The notes under the pieces are model-generated. The model ran no database searches. It saw nothing but the letters and a program-made list of their open reading frames with translations, and was not told the origin of the DNA. Of a DNA stretch of 64,000 bases, positions 36,574 to 47,734 are shown in pieces. Both the position numbers and the translations under genes were made by a program. Source of the stretch: Synechococcus sp. (lineage in GTDB: Bacteria > Cyanobacteriota > Cyanobacteriia > Thermostichales > PCC-7336); the NCBI GenBank assembly GCA_051439605.1, contig JBFRWN010000017.1, forward strand, positions 64,001 through 128,000, read 5' to 3'. Numbering within the stretch: position 1 is the first letter of the stretch; every line of letters begins with the position of its first letter.

Positions 36574-39500
36574 ATGACCCCAACTTCGCCCCAAGCCAAT
36601 TCCACCAGCCGCAGCAGCACCAAGGTGCGCATTTACGATCTATCGCGAGAACTTGGCCGGGAAAATAAAGATATTTTGGATGCATGCGAGGAGTTGAGCA
36701 TAACTGCGAAAAGCCATAGCAGCACCATTAGTGTTAGCGACGCCGATAAGATTCGACAACGGTTGGGGGCAGTGTCTGAGTCCAGTCAAGTACGACCTCA
36801 ACAGTCCGATAAAGTTTCCCCTAAGCCTGAAGAATCTGCTGCTCAAGCCCCAGGTGGGTTACAGATTTTGGAAGTGCGCAAAGCTGCGAACGACGTTGAG
36901 CCCTCTCCCTCTAAGATTGTGGCATCTAAGCCCAAAGTTGCTAGCCCTTCGAAAGCTGCTGTGCAGCCAGGGCTTTCCCCCAAAAAACCCACAGCGCCAT
37001 CTGCTCCTAAACCACCCACTTTCTCCCAGGCACAACAGCCAAGTAGAACTCAGCCTGCAGCCTCACCAGTGCCGAACTTGAAGCAACCCGCCAAGGTTAT
37101 CAAACCTGCTCAGCCCCCCCAAGGGCCTTCAAAATCTCCGACAGCCGATCTGCCCCCTCCTACGAAGCCAGCAACTGAGCCCACTACTACCCCATCCCTG
37201 AAGCGTCCTGCTGCTGTAGCTGCTCCCAAAACTCCGGCACGACCAGCAGCCAAAAAACTCGACCACCCGAAGTCTCCTGCCCCTGTACCAACTCCTGCTG
37301 CGCCTCCCAGTCGCCCTTTACAAATTGTCCAACCCCCGACTGCGCCTAAGCAAAAGACCTCTGCTGATAAAGCTTCAGCCCCTTTGAAGCCCGCTGTCCC
37401 TAGCCAGCCCCCTCGCAAAATGGCCGCTAAACCAATCTCCCCTGCTGCGAGGCGAAGTCCTAGTACCGAGTATCCTTCCAAAGTGGATGCTGAAGGAGTT
37501 GATAAGCCTAGACCTGCAGCGCCTAAAAAACCTCAGCTCGTCGGTGCACCAACTCGACCTGGGGTGAAGGCGAAAATTGTTCAACCTAGCAGCGATCGCC
37601 CCAGCAAAGTTGCTAAACCCGAGCCTGCTGATAAACCGACCCTGTTTAAGAAAGATTTACCCGAGTTGGTGGGCCCCCCAACTCGGGCGAAAGCAGCCTC
37701 TCAGCTAGGCAAAGATGACAGTATCAGTGTGGCTGGCGAAGCAGCATTGGCAACGCCTGAGTTGGCTGCAGCTCCCAAGCGACCTGCGAGTAGGATGCCG
37801 GCTAAGCGCAAGCAGACGGTATCCCGTCGTGAAGATGATGAAATGGCTGCCCTCAAGCAGCCAACGAAAAAGCGTGGCAAACGTCGACGTGGTACTTCTA
37901 GGGGCGAAGATAGTTTCGAGACCGAGCCAATGTTGGCGGTAGGGCAGGGGGCCGAGCTAGATGCGCTTAAGCCACTTCCCCGTCCCAATGCAAAGCCTCC
38001 TTCCACTGGACCCAAGCTCACGCCGGTTCGTTCCAGTCGCCCCAAGACTTCGCGATCGGATCGTCGCAGCCAACAACAGGCAGCAAAGGCAGCAAAGGCA
38101 GCAGCAGCGGCAGCTGAAGCAGAGAAGCCTTCGCTGCTAGAGCTACAGGGGAGTTTGACCGTCCAGGAGCTAGCCAATCAGCTCCAGATCGCAGAAACCG
38201 AGATTATTAAGACCCTCTTCTTGAAAGGGGTGATGGCTAACATCAACCAAACGTTAGATGTACCAACAGCTGAGATGGTTGCTACCGAGTTGGGTTACGA
38301 CGTCGAATACAAAGAGGAAGAAGCTGCAGCCACCAAGACAGAAATGCTCGACGTTGCAGATATCGAACATCTCACCCATCGCCCTCCGGTGGTTACGATC
38401 ATGGGTCACGTGGACCATGGCAAAACGACCTTACTGGATTCCATCCGCGAGACAAAAGTTGCATCAGGTGAAGCAGGTGGTATCACTCAGCATATCGGTG
38501 CTTATCATGTCGATCTGGAAGTAGAGGGAGAAGAGAAACGGGTGGTCTTCCTCGATACCCCCGGACACGAGGCCTTTACCGCCATGAGGGCTCGAGGCAC
38601 CAAAGTTACCGACATTGCCATTTTGGTTGTAGCGGCAGACGATGGGGTTCGCCCTCAAACTCTGGAAGCCATTAGCCACGCTCAGGCTGCTCAAGTTCCC
38701 ATTGTAGTTGCCATCAACAAGATTGATAAAGAAGCTGCCAATCCCGATCGCGTCAAGCAGGAACTTGCCGAGCGCGGCCTTGTGCCTGAGGACTGGGGGG
38801 GAGATATCCCCATGGTTGGGGTAAGTGCTCTTGCGAAGCAGAATCTTGATGAGTTGCTGGAGATGCTGCTTCTGGTGGCAGAAGTGGCCGAACTGCAAGC
38901 AAACCCCGACCGCCCTGCAAAGGGAACTGTTATCGAAGCGAATCTAGACAAGGCCCGTGGCCCTGTGGCAACACTGCTGGTACAAAACGGTACATTGCGT
39001 GTGGGAGATACATTGGTAGCTGGTTCTGTTATGGGCCGCGTTAAAGCCATGGTGGACGATCGTGGCAATCGCGTTCGGGAAGCGGGTCCCTCTTCCGCAG
39101 TGGAAGTTCTGGGCATGAACGACGTTCCTGCGGCTGGCGATGAGTTTGACGTTTACGGTGATGATAAAACTGCTCGGCAAGTGGCCGAGGAGCGTGCTGC
39201 AGTTCAGCGTCAGTCCCGCCTCCAGCAGGCCATGGCTTCCCGCCGAGTCAGCCTTGGCACCCTGTCTGCTCAGGCTCAAGAGGGCGAGCTGAAAGAACTC
39301 AACCTCATCCTTAAGGCGGACGTTCAAGGATCCGTCGAAGCCATCTTGGGGTCGCTGCAGCAGCTGTCTCAAGACGAAGTTCAAATTCGCGTTTTACTGG
39401 CCTCTCCAGGAGAAGTATCCGAGACTGATATCGACTTGGCAGCGGCCAGTAATGCGATCATCATTGGCTTTAATACGACGCTAGCTCCAGGAGCCCGTGC

Positions 39501-39915
39501 AGCTGCAGATCGCTATGGCGTCGATATTCGCGAATACGACATCATTTACAACTTGCTGGAAGAGATTACAGCTGCGATGGAAGGTCTCTTGGAACCTGAA
39601 GAAGTCGAAGAGTGGATGGGGCAAGTGGAAGTGCGCATGCTGATCCCAATTGGAAAAGGGGTTGTGGCCGGAAGTTACGTCCAGTCTGGTAAGGTGCAGC
39701 GAAATGCCTTTGTACGGGTGACTCGCGGTGGCGAGCAAGTATACGAGGGGCGCATCGACTCCCTGAAGCGCTTTAAGGAAGATGTGCGAGAAGTGGCTTC
39801 CGGTTTTGAATGTGGCATTAGCATCTCGAACTTCAATGACTGGCGTGAAGGCGATGTTTTGGAAATCTATCAATTGGTTGCCAAGCGTCGGACCCTTGCT
39901 TCTGCCTCGAGGTAA
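36574..39915 (+). CDS. infB: Translation initiation factor IF-2
   Basis: [13 protein letters not shown]-domain, long Pro/Lys linker, [39 protein letters not shown]. Confidence 0.99.
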   Translation: MTPTSPQANSTSRSSTKVRIYDLSRELGRENKDILDACEELSITAKSHSSTISVSDADKIRQRLGAVSESSQVRPQQSDKVSPKPEESAAQAPGGLQILEVRKAANDVEPSPSKIVASKPKVASPSKAAVQPGLSPKKPTAPSAPKPPTFSQAQQPSRTQPAASPVPNLKQPAKVIKPAQPPQGPSKSPTADLPPPTKPATEPTTTPSLKRPAAVAAPKTPARPAAKKLDHPKSPAPVPTPAAPPSRPLQIVQPPTAPKQKTSADKASAPLKPAVPSQPPRKMAAKPISPAARRSPSTEYPSKVDAEGVDKPRPAAPKKPQLVGAPTRPGVKAKIVQPSSDRPSKVAKPEPADKPTLFKKDLPELVGPPTRAKAASQLGKDDSISVAGEAALATPELAAAPKRPASRMPAKRKQTVSRREDDEMAALKQPTKKRGKRRRGTSRGEDSFETEPMLAVGQGAELDALKPLPRPNAKPPSTGPKLTPVRSSRPKTSRSDRRSQQQAAKAAKAAAAAAEAEKPSLLELQGSLTVQELANQLQIAETEIIKTLFLKGVMANINQTLDVPTAEMVATELGYDVEYKEEEAAATKTEMLDVADIEHLTHRPPVVTIMGHVDHGKTTLLDSIRETKVASGEAGGITQHIGAYHVDLEVEGEEKRVVFLDTPGHEAFTAMRARGTKVTDIAILVVAADDGVRPQTLEAISHAQAAQVPIVVAINKIDKEAANPDRVKQELAERGLVPEDWGGDIPMVGVSALAKQNLDELLEMLLLVAEVAELQANPDRPAKGTVIEANLDKARGPVATLLVQNGTLRVGDTLVAGSVMGRVKAMVDDRGNRVREAGPSSAVEVLGMNDVPAAGDEFDVYGDDKTARQVAEERAAVQRQSRLQQAMASRRVSLGTLSAQAQEGELKELNLILKADVQGSVEAILGSLQQLSQDEVQIRVLLASPGEVSETDIDLAAASNAIIIGFNTTLAPGARAAADRYGVDIREYDIIYNLLEEITAAMEGLLEPEEVEEWMGQVEVRMLIPIGKGVVAGSYVQSGKVQRNAFVRVTRGGEQVYEGRIDSLKRFKEDVREVASGFECGISISNFNDWREGDVLEIYQLVAKRRTLASASR

Positions 39916-40067
39916 CCTCTTTTTTTGCCTCAATCAAGGTGGTGCTGTGGAGACCTTAGCCAACGAGAGATGTACCGTTGCTTTAGGAGGGGGCAGTGAT
40001 CGGCCTATCACGGTTTGGCGGCTGTATTCTTGAACCCTCGTTCCACTCTTGTTTCCCCTTGTATTGC

Positions 40068-40436
40068 ATGTCAGGTTTTTTGCAGGTTAGTACAACAACG
40101 TCTTCACAAGCGGATGCCCAACAACTGGCGGGTCTTGTGTTAGAGAAACGCTTAGCGGCTTGCGTGCAAATTTCGGGGCCGATTTCCAGCCAATATTGGT
40201 GGCAAGGGGGTCTGGAAACTTCAACAGAGTGGCTGTGTATGATTAAAACTAGCAGTCGCCTGTATCCCGAGCTGGAGTCTGTATTGCTGGCCTCTCATCC
40301 TTACGAAACACCAGAAATTATTGCCATTCCTATCTTTTTGGGCAGCCCTGGCTACCTCAACTGGTTAGACTCGCAGTTGAAAGCCCCCGATGAACCGATG
40401 GAGGGGAATCGGCTTAAGGGAGATAAATGCTCGTGA
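40068..40436 (+). CDS. cutA: Divalent-cation tolerance protein CutA
   Basis: RLAACVQI.GPI.S.YWWQG, E.LCMIKT, HPYETPEII, YLNW. Confidence 0.92.
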   Translation: MSGFLQVSTTTSSQADAQQLAGLVLEKRLAACVQISGPISSQYWWQGGLETSTEWLCMIKTSSRLYPELESVLLASHPYETPEIIAIPIFLGSPGYLNWLDSQLKAPDEPMEGNRLKGDKCS

Positions 40437-40821
40437 GGGACTGATGACAGAATACTCACAGGCTGACCCAGCTTGACCAACCTCGCTTATGATTGTTGTT
40501 GAAGACAGGTGTGTTGTTATCCGTTCAGCCCTATCTCGCTCTCCTCCGCGATCTGCAAGTCTTGAATGAGGGATCCCTAGTTGGCTCGTGAAGAATGTTT
40601 CACGCAAAACGCCACTCCTATCCCTTTGGCATCTGTGTTAAATTAGTTGCACTTTTGATTGCCTCATCCCCCTGCAAGATATTCCGTTTGATTGAGTTTT
40701 CATACACCACCTGAAAGTGACTGATGTGAGATCGACTGCTGTAGCAGTGGCCTTCCGCAGTGACTTTTTTTGATTGGGCTTCGGCATATCCCGTCCATCT
40801 ACCCTCAAGGAAACGTTTCCA

Positions 40822-42123
40822 ATGAATAAACGCGGCTTGATTTTCGGCGCTACAGCAGCGGCAGTGACATTGGTTGGGGGGGTAGGAATTCAGGTAGCAG
40901 CTCCTAGCTGGGCTGGTTTCCGCAGCCACCCTAAAGAGGTGGTGGATGAAGCCTGGCAAATCGTGAATCGGGCCTACGTAGATGGCAATTTCAACGATGT
41001 GGATTGGGAAAACGTTCGTCGAGACTTACTATCTCGTGACTACACGTCTAACGAGGAGGCTTACGATGCCATCCGGGAGGCTATCGAACAGCTAGACGAT
41101 CCCTACACTCGTTTTATGGATCCCAAGCAATATGCCAGCATGCAGATCGATACCTCAGGGGAGCTGACTGGGGTTGGGATCCAATTGGGGGAAGAAGATG
41201 AGACGGGCCGATTGCTCGTGGTTGCCCCTATCGAAGATTCTCCAGCGTTCACTGCCGGTGTGTTGTCTGGTGACATCATTGTTGAAATCGATGGCACTGA
41301 CACGGCCGAGATGGATGTGAACGATGCTGTAAACCTCATCCGGGGAGAGGTTGGTTCCACCGTCACCATTACTGTGTTGCGGAACGAGAGCGACCGGATT
41401 GATTTTGATATCAAACGCGATCGAATCGAGCTGCAGGCGGTGCGTTACGAAGTTCACCCAGAAAATAATGTCGATATAGGTTACGTTCGGCTCACCCAAT
41501 TTAGTGCCAAAGCTGCTGATGAAATGCGCGATGCGGTGGAAAAACTGGAGGGTTTAGGAGTGGAAGCCTACGTTCTCGACTTGCGTGGGAATCCGGGCGG
41601 CCTGCTGTATAGCAGCGCTGAAATTGCACGCCTGTTCCTAGATGAAGGGGGCATTGTGTCTACCGAAAACCGCGAGGGCATTCAGGACGGCATTACAGCC
41701 ACCGGTCGTGCCCTAACCGATAAACCCATGACCGTCTTGGTGGATGGTGGCTCCGCCAGTGCGAGCGAAATTTTGGCGGGGGCATTGCAAGATAACAATC
41801 GTGCCACCTTGGTAGGCACTCAAACATTTGGGAAAGGCTTGGTACAGTCAGTTCACGATCTCTCTGGGGGGGCAGGGTTGGCTGTTACTATTGCCCGCTA
41901 TCGTACCCCTAACGGTACTGACATTAACCAAAAGGGCATTACTCCTGACCGCGTTGTTGAATTGTCTGAAGCCGATATCGAGACGCTAACCAGCGACCGT
42001 GAATTATTGGCGACATTGGCCGATCCGCAGTATGCTGCTGCAGTGCGGAATCTGGAGCTGCAGTTAGCCGATAGCGGTCAGCCACCTCAGGCCTTGTCTC
42101 CTGAACTATCCGGTATCAACTAG
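40822..42123 (+). CDS. Carboxyl-terminal processing protease (S41A, CtpA/B/C family)
   Basis: Signal peptide, LDDPYTRF, PDZ (GVGIQL), DLRGNPGG, SASASEILAGALQD, TFGKG. Confidence 0.95.
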   Translation: MNKRGLIFGATAAAVTLVGGVGIQVAAPSWAGFRSHPKEVVDEAWQIVNRAYVDGNFNDVDWENVRRDLLSRDYTSNEEAYDAIREAIEQLDDPYTRFMDPKQYASMQIDTSGELTGVGIQLGEEDETGRLLVVAPIEDSPAFTAGVLSGDIIVEIDGTDTAEMDVNDAVNLIRGEVGSTVTITVLRNESDRIDFDIKRDRIELQAVRYEVHPENNVDIGYVRLTQFSAKAADEMRDAVEKLEGLGVEAYVLDLRGNPGGLLYSSAEIARLFLDEGGIVSTENREGIQDGITATGRALTDKPMTVLVDGGSASASEILAGALQDNNRATLVGTQTFGKGLVQSVHDLSGGAGLAVTIARYRTPNGTDINQKGITPDRVVELSEADIETLTSDRELLATLADPQYAAAVRNLELQLADSGQPPQALSPELSGIN

Positions 42124-42207
42124 AGTCCAGATTACCTTCTAAAGACCCGCACGCTGAATGGGTCTGGTCAATGCTGCTAGGCCACAAGCTGGACTGGATA
42201 TTCCGCT

Positions 42208-43140
42208 ATGGCAAGCTCCCTTTTAGGTCGCGACCTCCTGAGTTTAGATGACCTCTCAGTGAGTGAGGTTTACTATCTCCTGGATTTAGCTTTGGCTCTG
42301 AAATCTGGGGAAACGAACGCTAGCTTGCAGGGAAAGGTTCTAGGACTACTGTTTCGCAAAGCTTCAACCCGAACGCGGGTAAGTTTTGCTGCAGCCATCG
42401 CTCAATGTGGTGGGACAGTTCTGGATTTGATGCCCACCACCATGCAGGTGAGCCGAGGTGAGCCGATTGCCGATACAGCTCGCATCCTATCCGGATATTT
42501 GGATGCTTTGGCTATCCGTACCTTCGAGCAAACGGAGGTAGAGGAATTTGCAAAATACGCTGATATCCCGATCGTCAACGCCCTTACAGATCTGTACCAT
42601 CCCTGTCAGATTTTGGCGGATTTGCTGACGGTACGCGAAGTTTTTGGACAGGTCAAAGGTGTGACTCTAACCTACTGTGGCGATGGCAATAATATCGCCC
42701 ATTCTTTGCTGTTGGGGGCTGCTTTGACTGGCATGAATCTGCGGGTGGCAACCCCAACAGGGTACGAACCTCACTCCGATATTGTGGCCCGAGCCCAGGC
42801 AATTGCTCAGAGTTTTAGCAGCGGTAGTAAAATCGATATTCTGAACGACCCGCTGGCGGCTGCGGATGGTGTGCAGGTGCTCTATACAGACGTATGGGCC
42901 AGCATGGGCCAGGAGGATTTAGCGGATGCCCGCATCCCGATTTTTCAGCCCTATCAAATCAACAGCGAGTTGCTAGCCCAAGCAGATCGTAACGCCATCG
43001 TATTGCACTGTTTACCGGCTCACAGAGGAGAAGAAATAACCGACGACGCGCTCGAAGGTAAGCAATCGAGAGTATGGCAGCAGGCCGAAAATCGGCTGCA
43101 TGCCCAAAAGGCGCTATTGGTGAGTTTGTTGGCGCAATAA
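42208..43140 (+). CDS. argF: Ornithine carbamoyltransferase
   Basis: STRTR, HPCQILAD, GDGNN, YTDVWASMGQE, HCLPAHRGEE, QAENR. Confidence 0.97.
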   Translation: MASSLLGRDLLSLDDLSVSEVYYLLDLALALKSGETNASLQGKVLGLLFRKASTRTRVSFAAAIAQCGGTVLDLMPTTMQVSRGEPIADTARILSGYLDALAIRTFEQTEVEEFAKYADIPIVNALTDLYHPCQILADLLTVREVFGQVKGVTLTYCGDGNNIAHSLLLGAALTGMNLRVATPTGYEPHSDIVARAQAIAQSFSSGSKIDILNDPLAAADGVQVLYTDVWASMGQEDLADARIPIFQPYQINSELLAQADRNAIVLHCLPAHRGEEITDDALEGKQSRVWQQAENRLHAQKALLVSLLAQ

Positions 43141-43349
43141 CTGGGTTGCAAGTTCCCTCTTCAACTGCGGACACTTTGCTTGCGATCGCCAGAGCAGTGT
43201 TTCGAGAAAAAAAGACGATTTTGCGCGAGTGCTTCGCATCATGTAGTTGTTCTCGTGCTTCTGTAATGTAGCCCTTTGCATAATGTGACGAACGAGATTC
43301 CCCAAGGCATGCTTACATGAGTGAAGTGTTTGTTTGCCAGGAGGCAGCA

Positions 43350-43565
43350 ATGGGTGAAGCTAAGCGCCGCAAACAAAAAGGGAGTTCCTACGATCCCGAT
43401 AACCAACCAGCTTGGCCGGGATCTCCGCTGACCAAAGGGCAAATGCAGCGCGCATACGATCTCACTACGCGTGGAGCTTGGGTTGGAATTGGTGCTTTAG
43501 CCATCTTTTGGGTTGTTATCCGGTTTATTGGGCCAGCCTTTGGCTGGTGGGAACTGGCTAATTAA
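43350..43565 (+). CDS. DUF2839-type small cyanobacterial membrane protein
   Basis: MGEAKRRK...P.TK.Q......TTRGAW.GIG.L...W...RFIGPAFGWW; AGGAGG RBS. Confidence 0.85.
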   Translation: MGEAKRRKQKGSSYDPDNQPAWPGSPLTKGQMQRAYDLTTRGAWVGIGALAIFWVVIRFIGPAFGWWELAN

Positions 43566-43649
43566 TACATGACACATCACTCTTAAGATTTATTTTCTCA
43601 AGACTTATTGTTCGATCGTTTCTCACAGTGTTTAAACCCCTGCCGTTTT

Positions 43650-44618
43650 ATGACTGTTTCAACTGCTTCTCAGACCCATTCTCAGCCACTGTCCGTTCGC
43701 CTCGTAAACAGTCTTTTGTCTCTCAAACCTCTGTATAGTTGGGCGAAACACCAAGCTCGTCAGCGCATGATTGTTAGGGCTGAGGGGATGGGAGTGATGT
43801 GGCGAGATCGCTCGGCAGCCCTCAAACAGGAGATTGGCCCTCAGGCCTTGAGTACAGGGGCTGAGCTTTTGCCCGAATGGCAGGAGCGGTGGGAACGGTT
43901 GAATGACCCAACCATCGAGTATCCCGAGTATTTCCAATCTCCGTTTCATGCCTACGATCGAGGCAACTTGAGTTGGGATGCCGCCACAGAAGTGGAAGTC
44001 GCAGCCCATGCAGTACATGCCACCATTTGGCCTGAGGCAGGAGTGGACGGTGATGCTCAGTTGCGCCAAAGCTATCACAACGTATTAATGGCGCAATTAC
44101 CAGCACCCCCGACAGATGTGGTGGATCTGGGGTGCAGCATCGGTATGAGCACGTTTGCCCTGCAAGATTGCTTCCCCTCCGCCAATCTAACTGGGGTAGA
44201 ACTGTCACCGTATTTTCTGGCGATCGCTGATTATCGGGCACAGCAGCAACAGCGCAACATTTGTTGGCGGCATGCAGCGGCAGAAGCCACCAGCCTGCCA
44301 GAGGTCTCCTACGATCTCGTGTCTTTGTGCCTGGTGTGCCACGAATTGCCCCAAACTGCAGCCAGGGAAATCTTTGCCGAAGCGCGTCGCCTGCTGCGTC
44401 CTAGCGGCCATCTATCCATCATGGATATGAACCCTCAAGCAGATGCTTACCGTAAAATGCCCCCTTACGTATTGACATTGCTGAAGAGTACCGAACCGTT
44501 TCTAGATGATTACTTCAGCTTCGATATTGCCAGTGCGATCGCCGAAGCGGGCTTTGAGATTCCCAGTCAGGTGGACAACAGTCCTCGACACCGCACTTTG
44601 GTTGCACGGGCACGATAA
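43650..44618 (+). CDS. Class I SAM-dependent methyltransferase
   Basis: YPEYF..PFHAYD.GNL, VDLGCSIGMST, GVELSPYFL, HELP, KSTEP. Confidence 0.88.
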   Translation: MTVSTASQTHSQPLSVRLVNSLLSLKPLYSWAKHQARQRMIVRAEGMGVMWRDRSAALKQEIGPQALSTGAELLPEWQERWERLNDPTIEYPEYFQSPFHAYDRGNLSWDAATEVEVAAHAVHATIWPEAGVDGDAQLRQSYHNVLMAQLPAPPTDVVDLGCSIGMSTFALQDCFPSANLTGVELSPYFLAIADYRAQQQQRNICWRHAAAEATSLPEVSYDLVSLCLVCHELPQTAAREIFAEARRLLRPSGHLSIMDMNPQADAYRKMPPYVLTLLKSTEPFLDDYFSFDIASAIAEAGFEIPSQVDNSPRHRTLVARAR

Positions 44619-44967
44619 AATTCTGCTGCGATCGCTATTTTGGGTTAGGGTTCATTTTTTTAAGACTCCTACTGTTAATGCTTGCTGCTAGCTTGAGGGT
44701 AAATTTTACTTGGATTCAGAGGCAAATCTGATGAATGTACTTAGCCATTGGAGTCTGCCAGAACATTTTCAGGATTTTGTCAGCGATCGCGATCGCCATT
44801 TCTTGGCGATCGTGCGGGCAATGTATATGTAGAATTAGCAACTTGTTGTGTTTATCCAATCATTAGCTAGCAGCGTTACCCTGGCGTCGATCTCTATCCA
44901 ACTGTACGGGTAGTTATAGCGCTAATTCCTATTCCCACGGTACGGGCTTTATTTACCAATGTGCTGA

Positions 44968-45795
44968 ATGACTGACTCTTCTCTATACGTCATCCAAATC
45001 ACGGATACCCATTTGTTCTCTCACCCCGAGACCCAGTTACTGGGGGTATCAACTGAGGAAACGTTTCAAACGGTATTGAATACTGTGCGGCGGTTAGCAC
45101 CGCAGGCAGATATGGTGCTCGCCACCGGTGATTTATCCCAGGATGGCAGTCTGGTCTCTTATCAACGATTTCGGAAATCTGTAGCCCGCCTAAACGTGGA
45201 CACCTATTGGTTAGCCGGTAATCACGATTGCTTACCAGAAATGGAGGTTGCCCTCGGAAATCGCTTGCTGGCTAGTGGGTCTGCAGATCGCCTCTTTGCG
45301 GATAAATCATTCGTGCGGAATAGATGGCGCTTTATCTTGCTCAACTCTGCTGTTCCAGAGCAAGTTGCGGGGCGATTGGCGCCTACAGAGCTTGAATATT
45401 TGCAAGAGCAATTGCAGAGGGCAACCGAACAGCAGCAATATGCTGCTGTTTGCTTGCACCACCCCCCCTACTTGATGGAATCCCAGTGGTTAGACAGCTC
45501 TACCCTGGAAAACTCAGAAGAGCTGTTGAGCCTTTTAGGGAAATTTGATTGCGTTCGTGCCGTTCTGTTTGGCCACGTTCATCAGGATTGGGAGTACCGT
45601 CAGGGGGCAGTGACGTTTCTTGGCTGTCCTTCCACCTGCGTTCAGTTCAAGCCTGAAAGTGAGAAATTTGCTGTGGACAGTAACGCCCCTGGAATTCGAC
45701 AACTGTGGTTCCATCCGGATGGGCAGCTTGAGACTGAGATCCTGCGGATTGTGGATGCTAAGGTCGTGCCCGATCGCGTTGCGGTGGGTTATTAG
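44968..45795 (+). CDS. cpdA: 3',5'-cyclic nucleotide phosphodiesterase (Icc/CpdA)
   Basis: QITDTH, TGDLSQDGS, GNHD, HHPP, GHVHQ, PSTCVQF. Confidence 0.9.
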   Translation: MTDSSLYVIQITDTHLFSHPETQLLGVSTEETFQTVLNTVRRLAPQADMVLATGDLSQDGSLVSYQRFRKSVARLNVDTYWLAGNHDCLPEMEVALGNRLLASGSADRLFADKSFVRNRWRFILLNSAVPEQVAGRLAPTELEYLQEQLQRATEQQQYAAVCLHHPPYLMESQWLDSSTLENSEELLSLLGKFDCVRAVLFGHVHQDWEYRQGAVTFLGCPSTCVQFKPESEKFAVDSNAPGIRQLWFHPDGQLETEILRIVDAKVVPDRVAVGY

Positions 45796-46058
45796 GATTC
45801 TGCTGTCAAGGAATGGCTGAGATCGGAGCTGTTGTTTGACTATTTCCAGATGCCTATGGGGATTGAGTAAATACCCCGTAGGCAAATTTGCTGGCAGACC
45901 GCAACGATATAGCTGTCGCCATTTCAGATCGGACAGACATATCTATGCCCAGTTAAGGTTCTAAATAGCTGAAATGCCCTGAGCGACTTGACGGTTGCTC
46001 TACAACCAGGCTGTCCGATTTTCTCCAGCAGTTCTATTGCGCAGGATTTGAAGCACTG

Positions 46059-47609
46059 ATGTTCGCAAAAGTTTGGTCGGCAACCCTACTGGGGTTAAAA
46101 GCATTGCAAGTGGCCATTGAGGTCGATGTAGCCGGAGGATTACCGCAAACAGTTCTGGTAGGTCTGCCGGATACTGCGGTACAGGAATCGAAAGAGCGGG
46201 TGCGGGCCGCGATGAAAAATTCGGGGTTTGCCGTCCCCCAACGCAAGATTGTGATTAATTTAGCCCCGGCCGATGTGCGCAAGGAGGGGCCAAGCTTCGA
46301 CCTCCCGATCGCCTTGGGAGTATTGGTGGCGTCGGGACAGATCGAAGCCTCCACGCTGGAGAACACTTTATTCCTGGGGGAACTGTCTTTAGATGGTAGT
46401 TTGAGGCCGGTGTCTGGTGTCCTGCCCGTAGTAGCAGCGGCGAAATCGATGGGTATCGAGCGAGTGGTGGTGCCGCATTCGAATGGAGTGGAAGCCTCGA
46501 TGGTTGAGGGAATTGAGGCCTTTGCCTTTACCACATTGCAGCAGGTGACCGATTGGGTCCAGGCCCCCGAAAAATACCAGCCCTTGAAGGTAGCGCCCAG
46601 TCAATTTATGACTCCTTCGGCCATGGGCGCACCGGATCTCGTTGACGTGAAGGGACAAACTTTAGCCAGGCGGGCATTGGAGGTAGCGGCGGCAGGGGGA
46701 CACAATCTACTGCTGGTGGGCAGCCCAGGGGCTGGTAAAACAATGCTAGCCAAGCGTTTGTCTGGCCTGCTTCCCCCTTTGAGCTGGTCGGAGATCTTAG
46801 AGGTAACGCAGGTCTACTCGGTGGCGGGACTGCTGCGGCAGGGGGTGAATGGCAGCGACTCTAACGGATTATTGATGCGCGATCGCCCATTTCGCTCCCC
46901 CCACCATTCGGCCTCCGGTGTGTCTTTGGTGGGCGGGGGCTCTTACCCCCGCCCGGGGGAAGTATCACTAGCCCATAACGGCGTACTCTTCTTGGATGAA
47001 CTCACAGAATTTCGTCGCGAAGTACTTGAGGTATTGCGTCAGCCACTAGAGGACGGACAGATTTCCATTTCTCGGGCTCGCCATAGCGTGGAATATCCCG
47101 CTCGAACAACGTTGGTGGCATCTACCAATCCCTGTCGCTGTGGCTACTATGGCGATCCGGTGGTGGCTTGCACTTGTACACCCACCCAGCGAGATCGCTA
47201 TTGGTCGAAGCTGTCAGGACCGTTACTCGATCGCATTGACCTGCACGTGCGGGTGAACCGCCTCAAGCCGGAGGAAATGATGTCGATGGAGCTAGGGGAG
47301 TCTTCGAGCAATGTGCGTACTCGGGTATTGAAGGCACGCGACCGGCAGCAGCAGCGTTTTGAGAACGAGCCTGAATTGACCTGCAATGCCCATATGCAAA
47401 GCCGTCATCTCAGGCAGTGGTGCATTTTGGGGGCATCGAGCCGTCAGATTTTGGAAGGGGCGATTCGTAAGCTGAGCTTATCGGCCCGTGGCACCGATCG
47501 CCTGTTAAAGGTGTCACGGACCATTGCTGATTTGACAGGTGCACAGGAGATTGAGCCTGTTCACCTAGCTGAGGCAATTCAGTACCGCAGTCTTGACCGT
47601 GCTGGGTGA
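46059..47609 (+). CDS. comM: YifB/ComM Mg-chelatase-like AAA+ ATPase
   Basis: VGLPD.AVQES.ERVR, NLAPAD.RKEG..FDLPIA, GSPGAGKT, RPFRSPHHS, LFLDE, NPC.CG, SGPLLDRID. Confidence 0.93.
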   Translation: MFAKVWSATLLGLKALQVAIEVDVAGGLPQTVLVGLPDTAVQESKERVRAAMKNSGFAVPQRKIVINLAPADVRKEGPSFDLPIALGVLVASGQIEASTLENTLFLGELSLDGSLRPVSGVLPVVAAAKSMGIERVVVPHSNGVEASMVEGIEAFAFTTLQQVTDWVQAPEKYQPLKVAPSQFMTPSAMGAPDLVDVKGQTLARRALEVAAAGGHNLLLVGSPGAGKTMLAKRLSGLLPPLSWSEILEVTQVYSVAGLLRQGVNGSDSNGLLMRDRPFRSPHHSASGVSLVGGGSYPRPGEVSLAHNGVLFLDELTEFRREVLEVLRQPLEDGQISISRARHSVEYPARTTLVASTNPCRCGYYGDPVVACTCTPTQRDRYWSKLSGPLLDRIDLHVRVNRLKPEEMMSMELGESSSNVRTRVLKARDRQQQRFENEPELTCNAHMQSRHLRQWCILGASSRQILEGAIRKLSLSARGTDRLLKVSRTIADLTGAQEIEPVHLAEAIQYRSLDRAG

Positions 47610-47734
47610 GTTGCTCTATCCCCAAAATTAATAGTCTGGACAATTTCTTGTTGGCAGTAGAGACATCGCATGAAAGTCTACAAGCTTGACTATTACAGAC
47701 TTCCAGACCTTAAAGCAACTTCTATCCAACCCTC

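Noticed and set aside
36700..38120. Very long Pro/Ala/Lys low-complexity region in infB
   Set aside because: A normal feature of cyanobacterial IF-2.
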